From Chiloscyllium plagiosum (lineage: Eukaryota): 64,000 nucleotides of DNA. The position numbers were made by a program, and so were the translations under genes. Below are positions 12,451 to 25,937 of this stretch, piece after piece (the stretch's first letter is position 1; each line of letters opens with the position of its first letter). Location: NCBI RefSeq assembly GCF_004010195.1, contig NC_057718.1, positions 28,845,049-28,909,048 of the forward strand, read 5' to 3'. The notes beneath the pieces were generated by a model that did not search any database, was not told the DNA's origin, and saw only the letters and a program-made list of their open reading frames with translations.

Positions 12451-13845
12451 GGATCGTTAAACTTCTCTGGATGGTTAAACTTCTCGGGAGGTTCATATCT
12501 CTCAGGATATCCACCAAGGCCAAGATTCCTGGAGGAGATTATTGGCAGGCACCAACCAACCAGTGTAATACTGGGCTAAAATCTCCACAATTTGGTGCCC
12601 TACTCTGTAGTTGTCCTGCTGAGTAAATGGTGTTTGTTACCTCACCTCGGTGCTTCTATTTGGGCTCTTATAGAGGGGTCAGCACCATCTCTTCAAAGCA
12701 TTTCCACTAACCCATAGAATCCATCCAAATTCTGTGGAGGTCGGAGTGAAGATTCGCAGCACCCTGTACTGGTAGAGGGTGAGGGTTGTCGCATGATGAA
12801 TAATTTCCAAAGATCTACCTCCAGGCGGAGAACTGAAGATGAACAAGATAGAGTTTAAAGGGACATCAGGATTTCTCCAGATGAGTGAACTTAAATGGAT
12901 TCATTTCTTGTAGCTGTTTGAATCTTTTCAGTTATTAATGTTCATAATGTTCCTCTGTCCATTGGTTTCATTTAAAATATTAAATGATACTAATATGATA
13001 AACCTGTATGAATATTTAAATGCTTAGGTGAGGCGTGTCCTCCCTGACTCTAGTTTAATAACTTCTAAAAATTTAAAGTTGAGTATTTGACAAACACCTA
13101 AAGGGCTAAGGGTGGTGCACGGTTGAAAACGATGGATTGAAAGTGGGGTTAATCAAGAGCAGCAGTTAGCTGAGGTCATTTAAAGGTTGTGGGTCATAGA
13201 AGACTGGGAGAAGTAAATTTGAAGCTTGTATTAGATTGTGCAATCAATCTTCATTTGAATAGAAGAATGTTGGATGAGGAACTTCTGTGGAATAGAATAT
13301 TTGTGCTGAGGAACACCAAGGCAGAAAAGTTCAAAAACAGTCATTTTGATTAAGATGATATATTCATCACAAGAAATCAGTTTATTTTTTTCCTTATTGG
13401 GCATTTTTGTTTTGAACACAAGCAATGTCAGTGCTTAAGATAGCTTTAATGGGGAGATAGCTGAGTTTGAATATTTGCAATAGCCTGCAGCAATAGCTGC
13501 AGGGAGGTATTTATCATTTGACTAATTCAATGGGTCAATTGACGAGTGTACAGTTCTAGAATCACTTGGCTGATGGAAGCAAACATGGCTTAGTTGAATC
13601 AGGGCAAGAGTTCTGGAGAAGAGCCATTGGCTGGGGAAACGTAAACAACATCCTATTCCTTAATTTGTAGAAAATATTCCTGTTCATCAGCCATCCAGCA
13701 AAATCCTCGCAAAGTACCCTCGAGCATGATTACCATTGCAGAACAAAGCACTGCCTACGCACGCATGAATTTTGCATGTCAGCCCAGGGATATTGAACGA
13801 TTGTGTGATGGATTAAAATTAAATGCACTCAGCATTTGACACATT

Positions 13846-14299
13846 TTATAACAAATGGTAAATGCATGTGCCCTCTGTGGTTTGCTTTTTCAGAAAAAAA
13901 TATGATGAGAGGGTTGGATGATGTTTGTTGATGCACAACGGGCAGAGTGAGTTCAAAATTGGTTGGCTCAAAACCTTGGATTGTCGATAGCCCAGCGATT
14001 TGGAGGCACAGCCATTTGTTGTGATGCTGCTGCTCACTGAACTAAGTGTTGCGTTCAAGTGGGTATATGTTAGATAGGGATTTGAGCTGTGAAATGCTTC
14101 AGTGGCAGTCTGTGAAAGATGTGCTGGGGTAATCAACAGACAGCGTTGTGATTGTGTGCAACATTTGAATGCCTTTGATTGTGTGGACATTGATATGTAG
14201 ACATTATCACAGCTAACTGGTAAAGTCTTGGGAATACTCTTCTCAGGGTCTTTTCGTCTTTCAGGCAATTGCAGAGCAGTGCCATCTGTGATTGGATAT
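13846..14299 (-). other. Unassigned candidate coding (terminal?) exon
   Basis: Acceptor GGTTTGTTCTAG|A at 14300/14299, followed by a stop-free ~150-codon S/T-rich frame (YPITDGTALQLPERRKDPEKSIPK...DNVYISM...) in non-repeat DNA. AATAAA downstream at 13386-13381. Confidence 0.3.
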
Positions 14300-15371
14300 C
14301 TAGAACAAACCACGTATCTTCAATACTAGATTCATCAGCCGCAGGGACAAGGTAGAGCAAAATGTCACCCATCCATGTTCTCAAAACCAATTGCAACATT
14401 GCCATCAAACCAGCAGATGAAGGAGGAGCCAACATCATTCAGAATAGAACAGATTACTGCAAGGAGGTGTACCAACAACTGAACAACCAGGAACACCACA
14501 GGCAACTACCAATTGATCCGACCAAAGAACATACCCGTGAACTAAACAGATTGATCAGGACTTTGATTCCAGTCCTTCAGAGTACCCTACGTGCTCTCAT
14601 CCCAGGTACGTCTTGCGCAGGGGGCTTCTACTGCCTTCAGAGCCAACACACCTGGACGTCCCATCATATCAGGCAATGAAACACTGGGTGAGAACCTCTC
14701 AGGCTATGTCAAGAGCACCTTGAAATCCATTGTAGAAAGGACCCCCAGCTTCTGTCGCAACATTACAGAAACTCAGCGTCCACAGATGAGTCGAACCAGG
14801 AACATTCCTCGTCACAATGGATATTTCAGCACTGTACACCAGCACTCCCCACAATGATGACATTGTTGCAACAGCCTCAGCTGCCAATCTCTTAGCGCGA
14901 TCCTACAATTCATCCACTTCATCCTCGATCACAACGTCTTCACCTTTGACAACCAGTTCTTCATCCAGACACATGGAACAGTCATTGGGACCAAATGTGC
15001 ACCCAAATATGCCAACATTTTCATGCACAAGTTTGATCAAGACTTCTTTGCTACACAGGACCTCCAACACTACACCAGATGTATTGATGACATTTTCTTC
15101 CTCTGAACACATGACAAGGAGTCACTGAAACAACTACACAGTGATATCCCACTATCAGACTTACCGTAGACTACTCTTCAGAATCAGTCTCATTCTTGGG
15201 CACACGTATCTCCATCAACAACGGGCATCTCTGTACCTCACTCTATCACAAGCCTATGAATGCCCTCACAATGCTGCACTTCTTGAGCTTCCACCCTAAA
15301 CCTATTAAAACAGCCACCCTCTACGGACAAGCCCTACACATACACAGGATCTGTTCAGATAAGGAAAAATG

Positions 15372-15690
15372 TGGGTCACATGGTGGCACAGTGGTTAGCA
15401 CTACTGCCTCATAGCGCCAGAGACCTGGGTTCAATTCCCGCCTCAGGTCACTGACTGTGTGTAGTTTGCACATTCTCCCCATGTCTGCGTGGGTTTCCTC
15501 CGGGTGCTCCGGTTTCCTCCCACAGTCCAAAAATGTGCAGGTTAGGTGAATTGGCCATGCTAAATTGCCCATAGTGTTAGGTGAAGGGGTAAATGTAGGG
15601 GAATGGGTCTGGGTGGGTTGCGCTTCAGCAGGTCGGTGTGGACTTGTTGGGCTGAAGGGCATGTTTCCACACTGTAAGTAATCTAAACAA
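15372..15690 (+). mobile_element. Full-length HE1-type SINE inserted in Penelope
   Basis: A-box-like ggcacagtggttagc and B-box-like gggttcaattccc; CR1-derived tail ending taatcta. Confidence 0.92.
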
Positions 15691-16892
15691 AAACATGACA
15701 GACACCTGAAGGTGCTAGAAGGTCGCCCTCATAAGAACAGGGTATGGTGCCCAACTCATCAATCGCCAGTTCCAACATGTCGCAGCAAGAAACCGATAGG
15801 GTACCTTTCATTGTCCAGTACTTCACGGGAGTAGAGAAAACACACCATGTTCTTTGAAGCCTGCAACAGATTATCGATGAGGATGAGCACCTCTTCCCTA
15901 CACCTCCACTTCTCGCCTTTAAAAAACTGCCAAATATTACACAGACCATTGTTCGCAGCAAACTGCCCAGCTTTCAGGAAAACATCCACCACCATCACTG
16001 CAAGACATGTCACAGTGAGCAGCAGGTATTCATGTGACTAGGCCAGCATTGTCTATGTCATATGCTGCAGGCAAGGATGCCCCGAGGCATGGTATATTGG
16101 CAAGACCAAGCAGATGCTGCAAAAATGGACAAAGGGACACCGCATAACCAATCACCAAACAGGATGTTCCCTCCCAGACGCGGAACACTTCAATGGTCAA
16201 GGACATTTGGCCTCAGATCTTTAGGGTGATGCTCCAAGGTGGACTTTGGGATATGCAACAGTGTATAGTAGCTGAGCAGAGGCTGATAGCCAAGTTACAT
16301 ACCCATGAGGATGGCCTCAACCGGGATCACTACAGGTGGCCCAACTACACTATGCACTCTCTCACACATACACACACATTCTTACACATGATCACACTCA
16401 TGCAGACCATCTCTCATAAACACGTTGTCTCTCAGACACACACACAACCACCACCACCACCCACAATTCCACTCATGCGCACACCCTCTCACAGGCATAT
16501 ACTTTGTCACACACACACACATACACATTCGCACACACTCTCTCTCCCTCAATGGCACATGCACACAGACATATAAGTCAATGGGGTGAATTTGCATTTG
16601 CAGATTTGTATTTGCAGATATACTCTACTTTGTTCAAAAAGCACACAATCTGTAGAGAGTCAGTCCATGTGAGATTTTATAAATTCCTACTTCAGAAATA
16701 GAACCGGTCTGACTCAAGACTGGAATACAGACAGACTCTAGCTTCACATCTTTAATGCAATTTCTGAGCTGAGATGTCACCTTTTTATCTTGGGAATGTG
16801 ACTTGAAAGAAGTTCTGAGATTTACATATTAATGGATCAAAACCAGCAACTCATTCTAAGCGATTAAAGACTTAGCAGCAATCTAGGTTTTC

Positions 16893-17236
16893 ATTGAATC
16901 TCTACATGTGGTAACATGCCATTTAGCCCAATAAATCCACACCAATCCTCCAATGAGTAACCCACCCAGACCCATTCCCCTACCACTCTACATTTACCCC
17001 TGACTAATGCACCTAACCCACACATCCCTGAACACTGTGGATAATTTAGCATTACTAATTCACCTGACCTGCACATCTTTGGATTGTGGGAGTAAACCGG
17101 AGCAGCCAGAGGAAACCCACACAGACATGGGGAGAATGTGCAAACTCCACACAGACAGTTGCCTGAGGCTGGAATTGACCCCGTGTCCCTGGTGCTGTGA
17201 GGCAGCAGTGCTAACCACTAAGCACCATGCTACCCA
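16893..17236 (-). mobile_element. HE1-type SINE inserted in the Penelope 3' region
   Basis: Reverse complement of the HE1 consensus seen at 15372 and 47261. Confidence 0.9.
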
Positions 17237-17875
17237 TCGGCTTGTTCAATACATCACATCAGTTGTCTGACCCTTCAATCTTTGAGTCCTATGATCCTGG
17301 TCTACTAGCTGCCTGACGAAGGAACTGTGCTCTGAAAACTTGTACTTCTAAATAAACCTGTTGGACTATTAGCTGGTATTGTGTGATTTTTATCTGAATG
17401 AAAATGTTCACCAACTGCAGTCTAAAATCCATCTTCACTGCCTTGCAGGAATAATCCAAAGCCATCAAAAGAATGCTAATAGAGTAAAAATGAAGTCCAC
17501 TTCTTCATCACTGTCCTATCCAATATTGTCTTTGAGTTAGCAAAGATTGAGGATGAATTTGCTGTATCACTTGTGTATTGATGTGCCAACAAATTAGCTA
17601 CTTTTCCCTTAACATGGAGCATTTTATTTTTTACTTTGCCATTATCCATTATCCAGACTGGCAATGATGTGCTCCTCTTCTGATACATTCCTATAATTTC
17701 CAACTATCTTCTGAATTTCAGTTCAACTTGTCCCTGTCATTATTGGTGTTCACCCAAAATTCTTGCAAGATTTGTTCCTAAACTTGCGCATTAAGTGCAA
17801 TAAAGCAACTGTGGAAAACAAGTGCAAACAATATTCTGCAGTTTTAGAAAGTGGGATATCCATATTTCAAATCAG

Positions 17876-18835
17876 CTATAGAATCATTGAATCATACAGC
17901 ATGGAAACCAATCCTTCAGTCCAACAAGTCCACTCTGACTATGTTCCCAAACTAAGTTAGTCCCACCTTCCTGCAGTTGGCCCGTACCCCTCCAAACATT
18001 TCCTATTTATGTAATTATCAAATATCTTTTAACCGTACCTGCATCCACTACTTCCTCTGGAAGTTCATTCCATGCACAAACTACTCTCTGTGTAAAAATG
18101 TTACCCTTCATGTCCTTTTTAAACCTTTCTCCTCTCCCCTTAAAAATATGCCCCACCCTTGTGATTCATCTTATCTATGCCTGTTATGATTTTATAAATC
18201 TCCATAAGGTCACCCCTCAACCTCCTATGCTCTATTGAAAATGTCCCAGTCTTTCCCATCTATTTTCCCATCTATGTGGGTGGCACGGTGGCACAGTGGT
18301 TAGCACTGCTACCTCACAGCGCCAGAGACCTGGGTTCAATTCCCGCCTCAGCCGACTATCTCTGTGGAGTTTGCACATTCTCCCCATGTCTGTGTGGGTT
18401 TCCTCCAGGTGCTCCGGTTTCCTCCCACAGTCCAAAAACGTGCTAAATTGCCCGTACTGTTAGGTGCAGGGGTAAATGTAGGGGAATGGGTCTGGGTGGG
18501 TGCACTTCAGCGGGTCGGTGTGGACTTGTTGGGCCGAAGGGCCTGTTTCCATACTATAAGTATATATCTGAAACTCTCCATTCCTGGTAAATCTTTTCTG
18601 AACCCTCTCCAGTTTAATATTATTCTAATTACAACTGGGTGACCAGAACTGTGCACAGTACTCCAGAAGAGGCCTCACCAATGTCCTGTACAACCTCAAC
18701 ATGACTTCCCAACTCCTATACTCAAAGGTCTGAGCAAGAAGGCAAGCTGCTAAACACCTTCTTAATCACCCTGTCTACCCGTGACGCAAATTTCATAGAA
18801 TTATATACCTGCATCTCGAGGTCTCTGTTCTACAA
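17876..18835 (-). mobile_element. CR1 LINE 3' fragment split by an HE1 SINE
   Basis: atagaatcattgaatcatacagc tail; gaactgtgcacagtactccag is the reverse complement of LEYCAQF. Confidence 0.88.
18276..18562 (+). mobile_element. HE1-type SINE
   Basis: tRNA-like head ggcacggtggcacagtggttagcact...gggttcaattccc. Confidence 0.9.
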
Positions 18836-19875
18836 CTGCTGAGTGTAATGCAAATATGTATCAGAAAATCTATTTTGCATCTCTACAGTGCGGTTCAATA
18901 ATAAAGCACTAGTTTCTACTGTTGAGCTGGTTCAGTTTAAATCTTGAGAGGATGTGCCATATCTTGGTTTATTGAACGTTTGTAGACAATCTTTCACACA
19001 GTTAAAATCCATCAGAAAACTTGAGCTATTTGTATGTGTAAACATGGTTGACTGGTCCTGACATATTTTTCTCTTTGTTTTGAGCAGGAGTTACCTCCTA
19101 AATCACAGGAATCCCTCTTTGCGATGATTATTTCCAGTGACACCCTTCCAAGAAATGCTGGCCTGGAATGTAAAGTGCAAAACCCATTCCAGAATTCTAC
19201 TTGACAATATTATGCCAACTGCACTTCAAATGATGAATTTATTTTCCAGCTGCAGCTCCTGCTTTATTTAAAATATTGAGATACTCAGTTTCTAAGATGT
19301 TGGAGATAACCTTGGAACTTTGAACAAAAGAAGCACACTTTCCACAACACCACGAGTCAGGGGAAGGGATCAGATAATCACTTATAGCTTCAAACATAGA
19401 CAATCTAAAGTGTGATATTTTTCCCCAGATGGCCATACTTAACATGGTGTGGCATTTGTCACCTCAATTATTATGTGGTACTGGGTAAGAGACATTTCAA
19501 GTAAATTCATTGTCATCAAACCTCTTTTAACTTTTCTTGTGTCTATCTAATGACAGCTGTGTATCTATTCTCTACTATCTCCAGAGAAGGCAATGTTCTT
19601 AGGTAACAAGAAGCTTTATTGCACAATACCAATGAGTACAACTGCATTTGGTCAGGCACAATTACTAGGACCTGAGGGAGCTGGTACAGACACATCTGCT
19701 TTCTCTGAAAGTTGGACTAGAACTCATTGCCACCACACATAAACTGTGGGTGATATCAGTAGAGTTGGTGCAGCCTATAGTTACCCCCACAGCTATTGTT
19801 GCTAACCATGTTCTCCTCTGACTGACTGACTGTTTCTTCCTAAAATGATGATCTTAAAGTGGTAAACTCACTTAC

Positions 19876-19966
19876 TTGAAAGTTTTTCTTTTTTTCTGAT
19901 TCTTTTGAATTTCTTCTCCTTGTGGGTGTGGCTCATATCTACATTGCTGCAACCATGTGAGAGGAT
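19876..19966 (-). other. Unassigned candidate internal exon (91 nt)
   Basis: CTGAC branch-like site, acceptor ATTTATACAG|, and overlapping consensus donors GTAAGT (19875) and GTGAGT (19871). Two frames are open: DPLTWLQQCRYEPHPQGEEIQKNQKKRKTF or ILSHGCSNVDMSHTHKEKKFKRIRKKEKLS. Confidence 0.4.
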
Positions 19967-20019
19967 CTGTATAAATGTAGGTTTTTGTCAGAACAAACCA
20001 TAGAGACAGTGTCTGAGAT

Positions 20020-20223
20020 TTAGTGTCTGAGCAGATGGAATAACTGACTGAATCCCTTCCCACACAGAGAGCAGGAGAATGGCCTCTACCCGATGTGAAC
20101 CTGCTGGTGTTTCTGCAGGGAAGATGAATCAATGAATACCTTCCCGCACAAAGAGCTGCAGAACAGCTTCTGCCCAGTGTGGACCAACTGGTGTCTCCGC
20201 AGAGCAGGTGAATCACTGAAACC
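20020..20223 (-). pseudogene. Decayed C2H2 zinc-finger array fragment
   Basis: Minus translation GFSDSPALRRHQLVHTGQKLFCSSLCGKVFIDSSSLQKHQQVHIG*RPFSCSLCGKGFSQLFHLLRH*, with Kruppel-type HTGEKP-like linkers and in-frame stops. Confidence 0.85.
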
Positions 20224-20364
20224 AGGGCAATATTTCCTCATTGTTGGCAGTACTGTGGCTGTATTGAAACGGTTTAGCTAGTGGCTACTTCAGTTGTGGA
20301 GCACATTGCTTTAGCATTACTGTCTGGGATTTGCCTGGACCTGAAATGTTTGCTTTCATCCAGG

Positions 20365-20465
20365 CTCATTCCTGATGAAGAGCTCATGCTTAAAACACCG
20401 ACTCTCCTGCTCCTTGGATGCTGCCTGACCTGCTCTGCTTTCCCAGCTCCACACCTTTTGACTCC
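20365..20465 (+). mobile_element. Penelope terminal-repeat fragment (decayed hammerhead)
   Basis: attcCTGATGAa-gagc-tcat-gctt-aaaac followed by ggatgctgcctgacctgct. Confidence 0.8.
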
Positions 20466-21020
20466 ACTTTCTTCTTTACTGTCAGATATTGTGTTTGGCT
20501 GGTGACTGGCATCTGTGATGGTGGACGCCCTAAGGAGTGGCTAAGAAGGATGACACACCTGAGACAACTGACTAATTCTGAGGTGGCAAAAATGAGCCCA
20601 ACATGTTTGGAAATATTGGCTTCTTCGCAACATCCAGTTGTGATGTAATAATCAAAGTCTCTATAACTGACCTCCTCAGTTGTTCCTCTCCACCTACCAC
20701 TTCTTTCCACCACTACCCGATAATGCCCAATTACTTTATCACATATACTGACTCCTGGTTCCAAAAGGTGGAAATCCTTTGCTGCAGTGTTTGTCGTTGT
20801 AGAGTTAGATTATTGGTCACCTCATCCAACTCCACTTCTCTGGCACAACATATGAAGCTTTTATTGTATTGATGCAAGTTATTGTTGCTTTCTTTCAACC
20901 AGAAATCCTTTCCTACATTTTGACAGTGGCTGAAATCCTGATGATGTTTTGTTCAGGAAGCTCATGTGCATGATGTACGGGAGTAAAATGTAGGATTCAA
21001 CCTGAAGATGACAGCAACTT

Positions 21021-21150
21021 TGAATTGAATTGAATTGCACTGAATTGAATTGAATTAAAATTGAATTAGGTTTATTGTCATGTATTCACATGAGTAGAGT
21101 AAAATGTTTACAAGTCATCATTTACCACGCCATCTTAGGTACAAAGATAC
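21021..21150 (-). repeat. (TGAAT)n tract, probably the 3' tail of a minus-strand LINE
   Basis: Pentamer array next to tttatt (AATAAA on the minus strand). Confidence 0.6.
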
Positions 21151-22349
21151 TGAGGTACGGAATCTTAGGATTCTTTCAGGGTTAGAAGATGATTGCACAA
21201 AGAAACTACATAATAGAAGACACTAAATCCAACTTGGAACTGAATTTGAATGAAACAGGAGAAGTAAAATAAGAACTGCAAAGATGGTAAACCAGATAGT
21301 TGATATGTAAAGTAAAAAAGCAGGCGCAAAGTTAGAAAGAAAATGCTTGTGTTACACTGTGAGGCTACTGCTATTTGGGCCCTACTGATTATTTAGCATT
21401 TAAATAACATTTCCTCTCAGTGAAATTACATCCACATTTTCCTTAAACATTTAAAAGCACCAATGCAGCTGATGAATCTGAAAGGAGAAAATCGTATTTC
21501 CTTTCAAATTTGCTGACCAAGTCTTCCTCAGATAGCCTATTTCACCAGCTCTAGGTTATATGAAGGTCTTAGCCATCAGAACCTGTTAATACTCTCTGCA
21601 GTGGCTGCAGCAATGAACAACTCAATTCACAGGTGTCTATGGAAGTTCACTCATGCAGAGACACAACATTAAAGAGTCTACTTTTATGCTTGATGAATAC
21701 TAATGTAAGGAGCTTTTATCGTCTTGAGTAAGGAAAGGTTCATGCTGTGCTCAGAGGCTTTAACTGCTTGTAGAATTGTAACCTCCTTCTTCCTGCTGAC
21801 AAAAGCATTTGATTTCAACAAGGTCATAATTATTTATGAATACTGAGAAGCAGTATAAAAGATAAGACTATGTTAACAGCACTGATCACCAACATGCATC
21901 ATCATTCTGAATTAGGAGAGCAAGACATCAGCATAAATGAGATTATACAGTGACTGGCTATTCTCAGTTCTTTATTCAGAAACTTACCATAAGAGCATAA
22001 GAGGTAGGAGCAGGAATTGGCTATTCAGCTCCTCACACCTACCCCACCATTTTAAAAATCATGGCTGATCCGCTCCAGGCCTCAACTCCTTTCCTGTGCC
22101 AGCTCTGTGAAGTGAAGTAGAAGTTATGAGCAATATGGATACAATAAAAGACACTGAACCACCAGGAATACAATTGAGCATTTTGCTAGAAACTTGAAGT
22201 TCAGACTCCAACAGTATCATCACATTGAATAGCATTCTGCACAACATCGCTCTGCAGTCAGGATTGGGACTATAGGAGGCAGAGAAGTGAAATTAATAAG
22301 GAAGAGTTGAGTTAATAAAGAAAATGATAAGAAGTAAGAGTTACAGCAC

Positions 22350-23225
22350 AATGTCTGTCAGGGCGTTATGGACTTGCATTCCAAGATCCCTTTCTCTCTC
22401 AATGCTCCTAAGGGTCCTGCCATTTACTTTATACTTTTCTCTTGGACTTGACCTCCCAAAATGCATCTCTTCACACTTGTTTGCATTAAACTCCATCTAC
22501 TATTTCTCCACCCTACTTTCCAACTAATCCATAGCATGCTATATCCTGTGACAACCTTCCTTATTATGCACAATTCCAGCAATCCTTGTGTCATCTGAAA
22601 ACATACTAATCAGATCACCTACATTTTCTTCCAAATCATTCTATATTGGACAAACAACAGAGGTGCAAGCTCTGACCCCTGTGGAACCTCCTGGTCACAG
22701 ACCTCCTGGCAGAAAAACACCTTTCCACAACTATCCTCTATCTTTTATGAACAAGCCAATTTTATATCCAACTTATCAACTCACCATGGATCCCATATAA
22801 CATGATCTTCTAGACCACTCTACCATAAGGGACCTTGTCAAATGTTTTAGTAATGTCCGTATAGACAACATCAATTGCCCTTCCCTCATCAATCATCTTT
22901 GTCTCATCAAAGAACTCAAATTTGTGTGACATGACTTCCCTCACATAAAGCCATGCTGACTATCTCAAATAAGTCCATTCTTTTCCAAATGCGAGTAAAT
23001 CCTGTCTCTAAGAATCTCCTTCAATACTTTCTCTACCCTGGACTAAGGATTACCAACTTTTGATTTCTTGAATTAAACAAAGGAACAACATTCTGGATTG
23101 GAGGTGCTGGAAGAGCGCAGCAGTTCAGGCAGCATCCGAGGAGCAGTAAAATCGACATTTCAGGCAAAAGCCCTTCATCAGGAAAAAAGGAACAACATTG
23201 TCTATTCTTCAGTCTTCTGGGACCT
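22350..23225 (-). mobile_element. CR1 LINE RT-region fragment
   Basis: gggaccttgtcaaatg is the reverse complement of (A)FDKVP; gtgtcatctgaaaac is the reverse complement of an FADD-like motif. Confidence 0.8.
23093..23185 (-). mobile_element. Short Penelope terminal-repeat insertion with hammerhead motif
   Basis: 14-bp TSD aaaggaacaacatt at 23079-23092 and 23186-23199. Minus strand reads CTGATGAAGGGCTTTTGCCTGAAATGTC. Confidence 0.88.
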
Positions 23226-24509
23226 CACCTGTGGCATGTTGAAATCAGGGCTATTGTCTCATGAACCTGCCATTCCTAAGGCACGCTATTGCTTTTTCAT
23301 CCTGCAAATTACAAATTGATCCAATTCTTGTCCAACTGCTTTTGAATTTAATAATGAGACCCTCATGTTTTAAGGATGGGAATTTCTAACATGCCTCAGC
23401 CCAGCCAATACTGTCTTGAACTGCTAAGCGGTCGAACTGATTGACTCTTGGTTTTGGTTTTGGGTTCAGTATGCCCCATCTGAAACTGAACAGGGCAGAT
23501 AGGGTACAGTGGACCCAAATAACAAATATAGCATGAAAAGAAATAGATAAAAGGAAATGTCAGTGAGTACAAAAGTTTTTAATTATAAAATGAAGGGTAG
23601 AGCAGCATTCTGACCTTGCATAATATGGTGAAAGGAAACATTCATGTGTCTTTTTTTCAGTCAAGTTCCTGTTGCCTAGTCATCTTGATACACACCAGCT
23701 CACAGTTTTGTTTAGACAACAGTCCCTAGCAACCAATTGTTCTCTTTTCAATGTCATGGAGATCCATAATGCCAAATATATACCCTGACTGCTATTATGC
23801 AATATATATTCCTGGTATTCAGCTGGTGATTACAAAGTCAGTAAATGTGAATGGATTACACCATACTGATTAAAACAGAAACAGGGTCTATAAGGGCAAT
23901 GTGTGAGGCTTGGATTGTGAAGGCATCAGGTCAGCGTTTCTCTGCATTGTGTTAAACTAGGGCTATCTGTCTGATAGGTTCTGAGGCAAAACCTGACAAC
24001 TTCCCTGCCCAGCAAAACGTGAGTTAAAACCTACACCCTCTTCAAGCAGCTGGCATTGCAAGAAAATTAGGGAATTTCCCTATGTCTCTTGGCAGTCTTC
24101 TTTAATAAATACGCAATATATCTATATATAACCCTGGGAATGTTAACCTTCCTTCACTTTATAAAATGCCCTCTGTTCGCAACGAAAGCAATCTTTTCTT
24201 AATATTTTCTTAACAAGTCAACACATGAAGTGGGGGCATGGATGAATGTTCAGGTTAATCGTTCATTTGAAATGCAACAAATTGACCAGAAAAACAAACA
24301 GTTTGCAGTAATATTTTGCAGAGCAAATCATCCTGGTATATGATCCTAGATATGGAATACTGCAGCCATTCTACCAAACAAAATCTTTCAAACTATGCTT
24401 AACCTGATCTTAAGGCAACATTGATAGTCATGTGACTGGCAGCAGGAAGGCTATTGAGTTTTCTCTATTTCTGGACTGATAATATACAATTTAGCTTTTT
24501 AAAAAATAT

Positions 24510-24830
24510 TTTTTTATGGGATGTATGCATCACAGGATGTGACCAGCAGTTGTTACCCGTCGCTCACTGTGCTTGAACTTTGCCAAGCATGTCAGGAGGG
24601 CAATTAACAATCAGCCACATTGATGTGGCTCTGGAGTTACACATAGGTCAGGCCAGGTAAGGATGGCAGATCTCCTTTCCTGATGGGCATTGGTGAATCA
24701 GATGAGTCTTTTTTAATGGCAATTGGCAGTAGCTTTGTGGTCACCTTCACTGAGACTAGCTTAAGTTCCAGATTTTGTGAATTAATTTAAAGTTCTCCAG
24801 GTGACATGGTGGATTTGAAGCAATGTGCAC
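24510..24830 (-). mobile_element. Old SINE with Zenon-like tail
   Basis: Reverse complement of the 7620-7765 motif (ccacattgatgtggctctggag, ccaggtaaggatggcaga). Confidence 0.6.
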
Positions 24831-25081
24831 AGAGCGTGAAACTCTGGATGAACTGACCCCTGCATTCCCCAATCACTAAGTGTCAGACTTTACACTTGGA
24901 GTCAAAGAATCATAGAGATGTACAGCATGGAAACAGACCCTTCAGTCCAACAGGTCCATGCTGACCAGATATGCTAACCCAATCTAGTCCCATTTCCCAG
25001 CACTTGGCCCATATCCCTCTAAAGTTGAAACTTTATTGCTGGAACAGCACAGCAGGTCAGGCAGCATCCAGGGAACAGGAG

Positions 25082-25117
25082 ATTCGACGTTTCGGGCACA
25101 GGCCCTTCTTCAGGAAT
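25082..25117 (-). ncRNA. Minimal type-I hammerhead ribozyme motif (inverted copy)
   Basis: Exact reverse complement of 25938-25973. Confidence 0.78.
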
Positions 25118-25937
25118 GAGCAGAGAGTGTTCAGCAGGAGAAGATAAAAGGTAGGGAGGAGGGACTTGGAGGAGGGGCGTTGGAAATGTGATAGGTGGAA
25201 AGAGGTCAAGGTGAGGGTGACAGGTCGTCTAGGTTAATATTGAGAAATTCAGTAAGAAATAGCACTTCTATCGTGGTCAAACTTCAGAAATGAATCAGTC
25301 ATTGATGTTACATTCAAAACAAGAAATGAAAATGGAAGTACTTGCCAACAGTATACTTGCAGTGATATATTAACAAATACAACTTCCATTCCTATAATAA
25401 CTCTAACCTAATGAAACATGTTAAAGAGTAAAATCTTAGTTTGAGTGGTAAAACAGATGCCAAGCCTGATTTTGGAGAGCTGGCCAAAGGCATGCTTAAA
25501 AGGTTTGCTTTGGAGGAAGATTTTGAAAGCAGAGGGGAGAGTGTAGTTGCTACAGTTAATGAGGTTAATTATTAACTCCCCCTCCCACTCCACCGAGGAT
25601 ATGCAGGTCATTGGACTCATCCACCGCCAAACCACAACAACGTGACGGTCGGAGGAGGAGCGTCTTATCTTCCGACTGGGAACCCTCCAACCACAGGGGA
25701 TGAACTTGGACTTCACCAGTTTCTTCATCCCCCCTCCCCCCACCTTGTCTCAGCCGAATCCCTCCAGCCCGGCTCCGCCTTCCTGACCTGCAGTCTTCTT
25801 GTTGACCTCTCCGCCTCCATCCTACTCCGACCTATCACCCTCACCTTGACCTCTTTCCACCTATCACATTTCCAACGCCCCTCCTCCAAGTCCCTCCTCC
25901 CTACCTTTTATCTTCTCCTGCTGAACACTCTCTGCTC

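Larger units (their letters stand above)
14350..17392 (+). mobile_element. Decayed Penelope-like retroelement (RT + GIY-YIG relic, CA-rich 3' region, terminal hammerhead relic)
   Basis: Peptides IKPADEGGA, PGRPIISGNETL, MDISALYTS, LYHKP and EQRLIAKLHTHEDGLNRD. Terminal CTGACGA...GAAA at 17313-17337 is followed by aataaacctgttggact. Confidence 0.9.

Noticed and set aside
12646..12832. Minus-strand segment with good acceptor and GAG|GTGAGG donor
   Set aside because: All three frames hit stops before the donor, and no homology was recognised.
15372..15450. tRNA-like A/B boxes here and at other HE1 heads
   Set aside because: These are SINE heads continuous with HE1 bodies, not tRNA genes.
19285..19404. 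Possible extra phase-2 exon (LSMFEAISDYLIPSPDSW...)
   Set aside because: Weak donor sites (GTATCT/GTTATC) and no recognisable homology.
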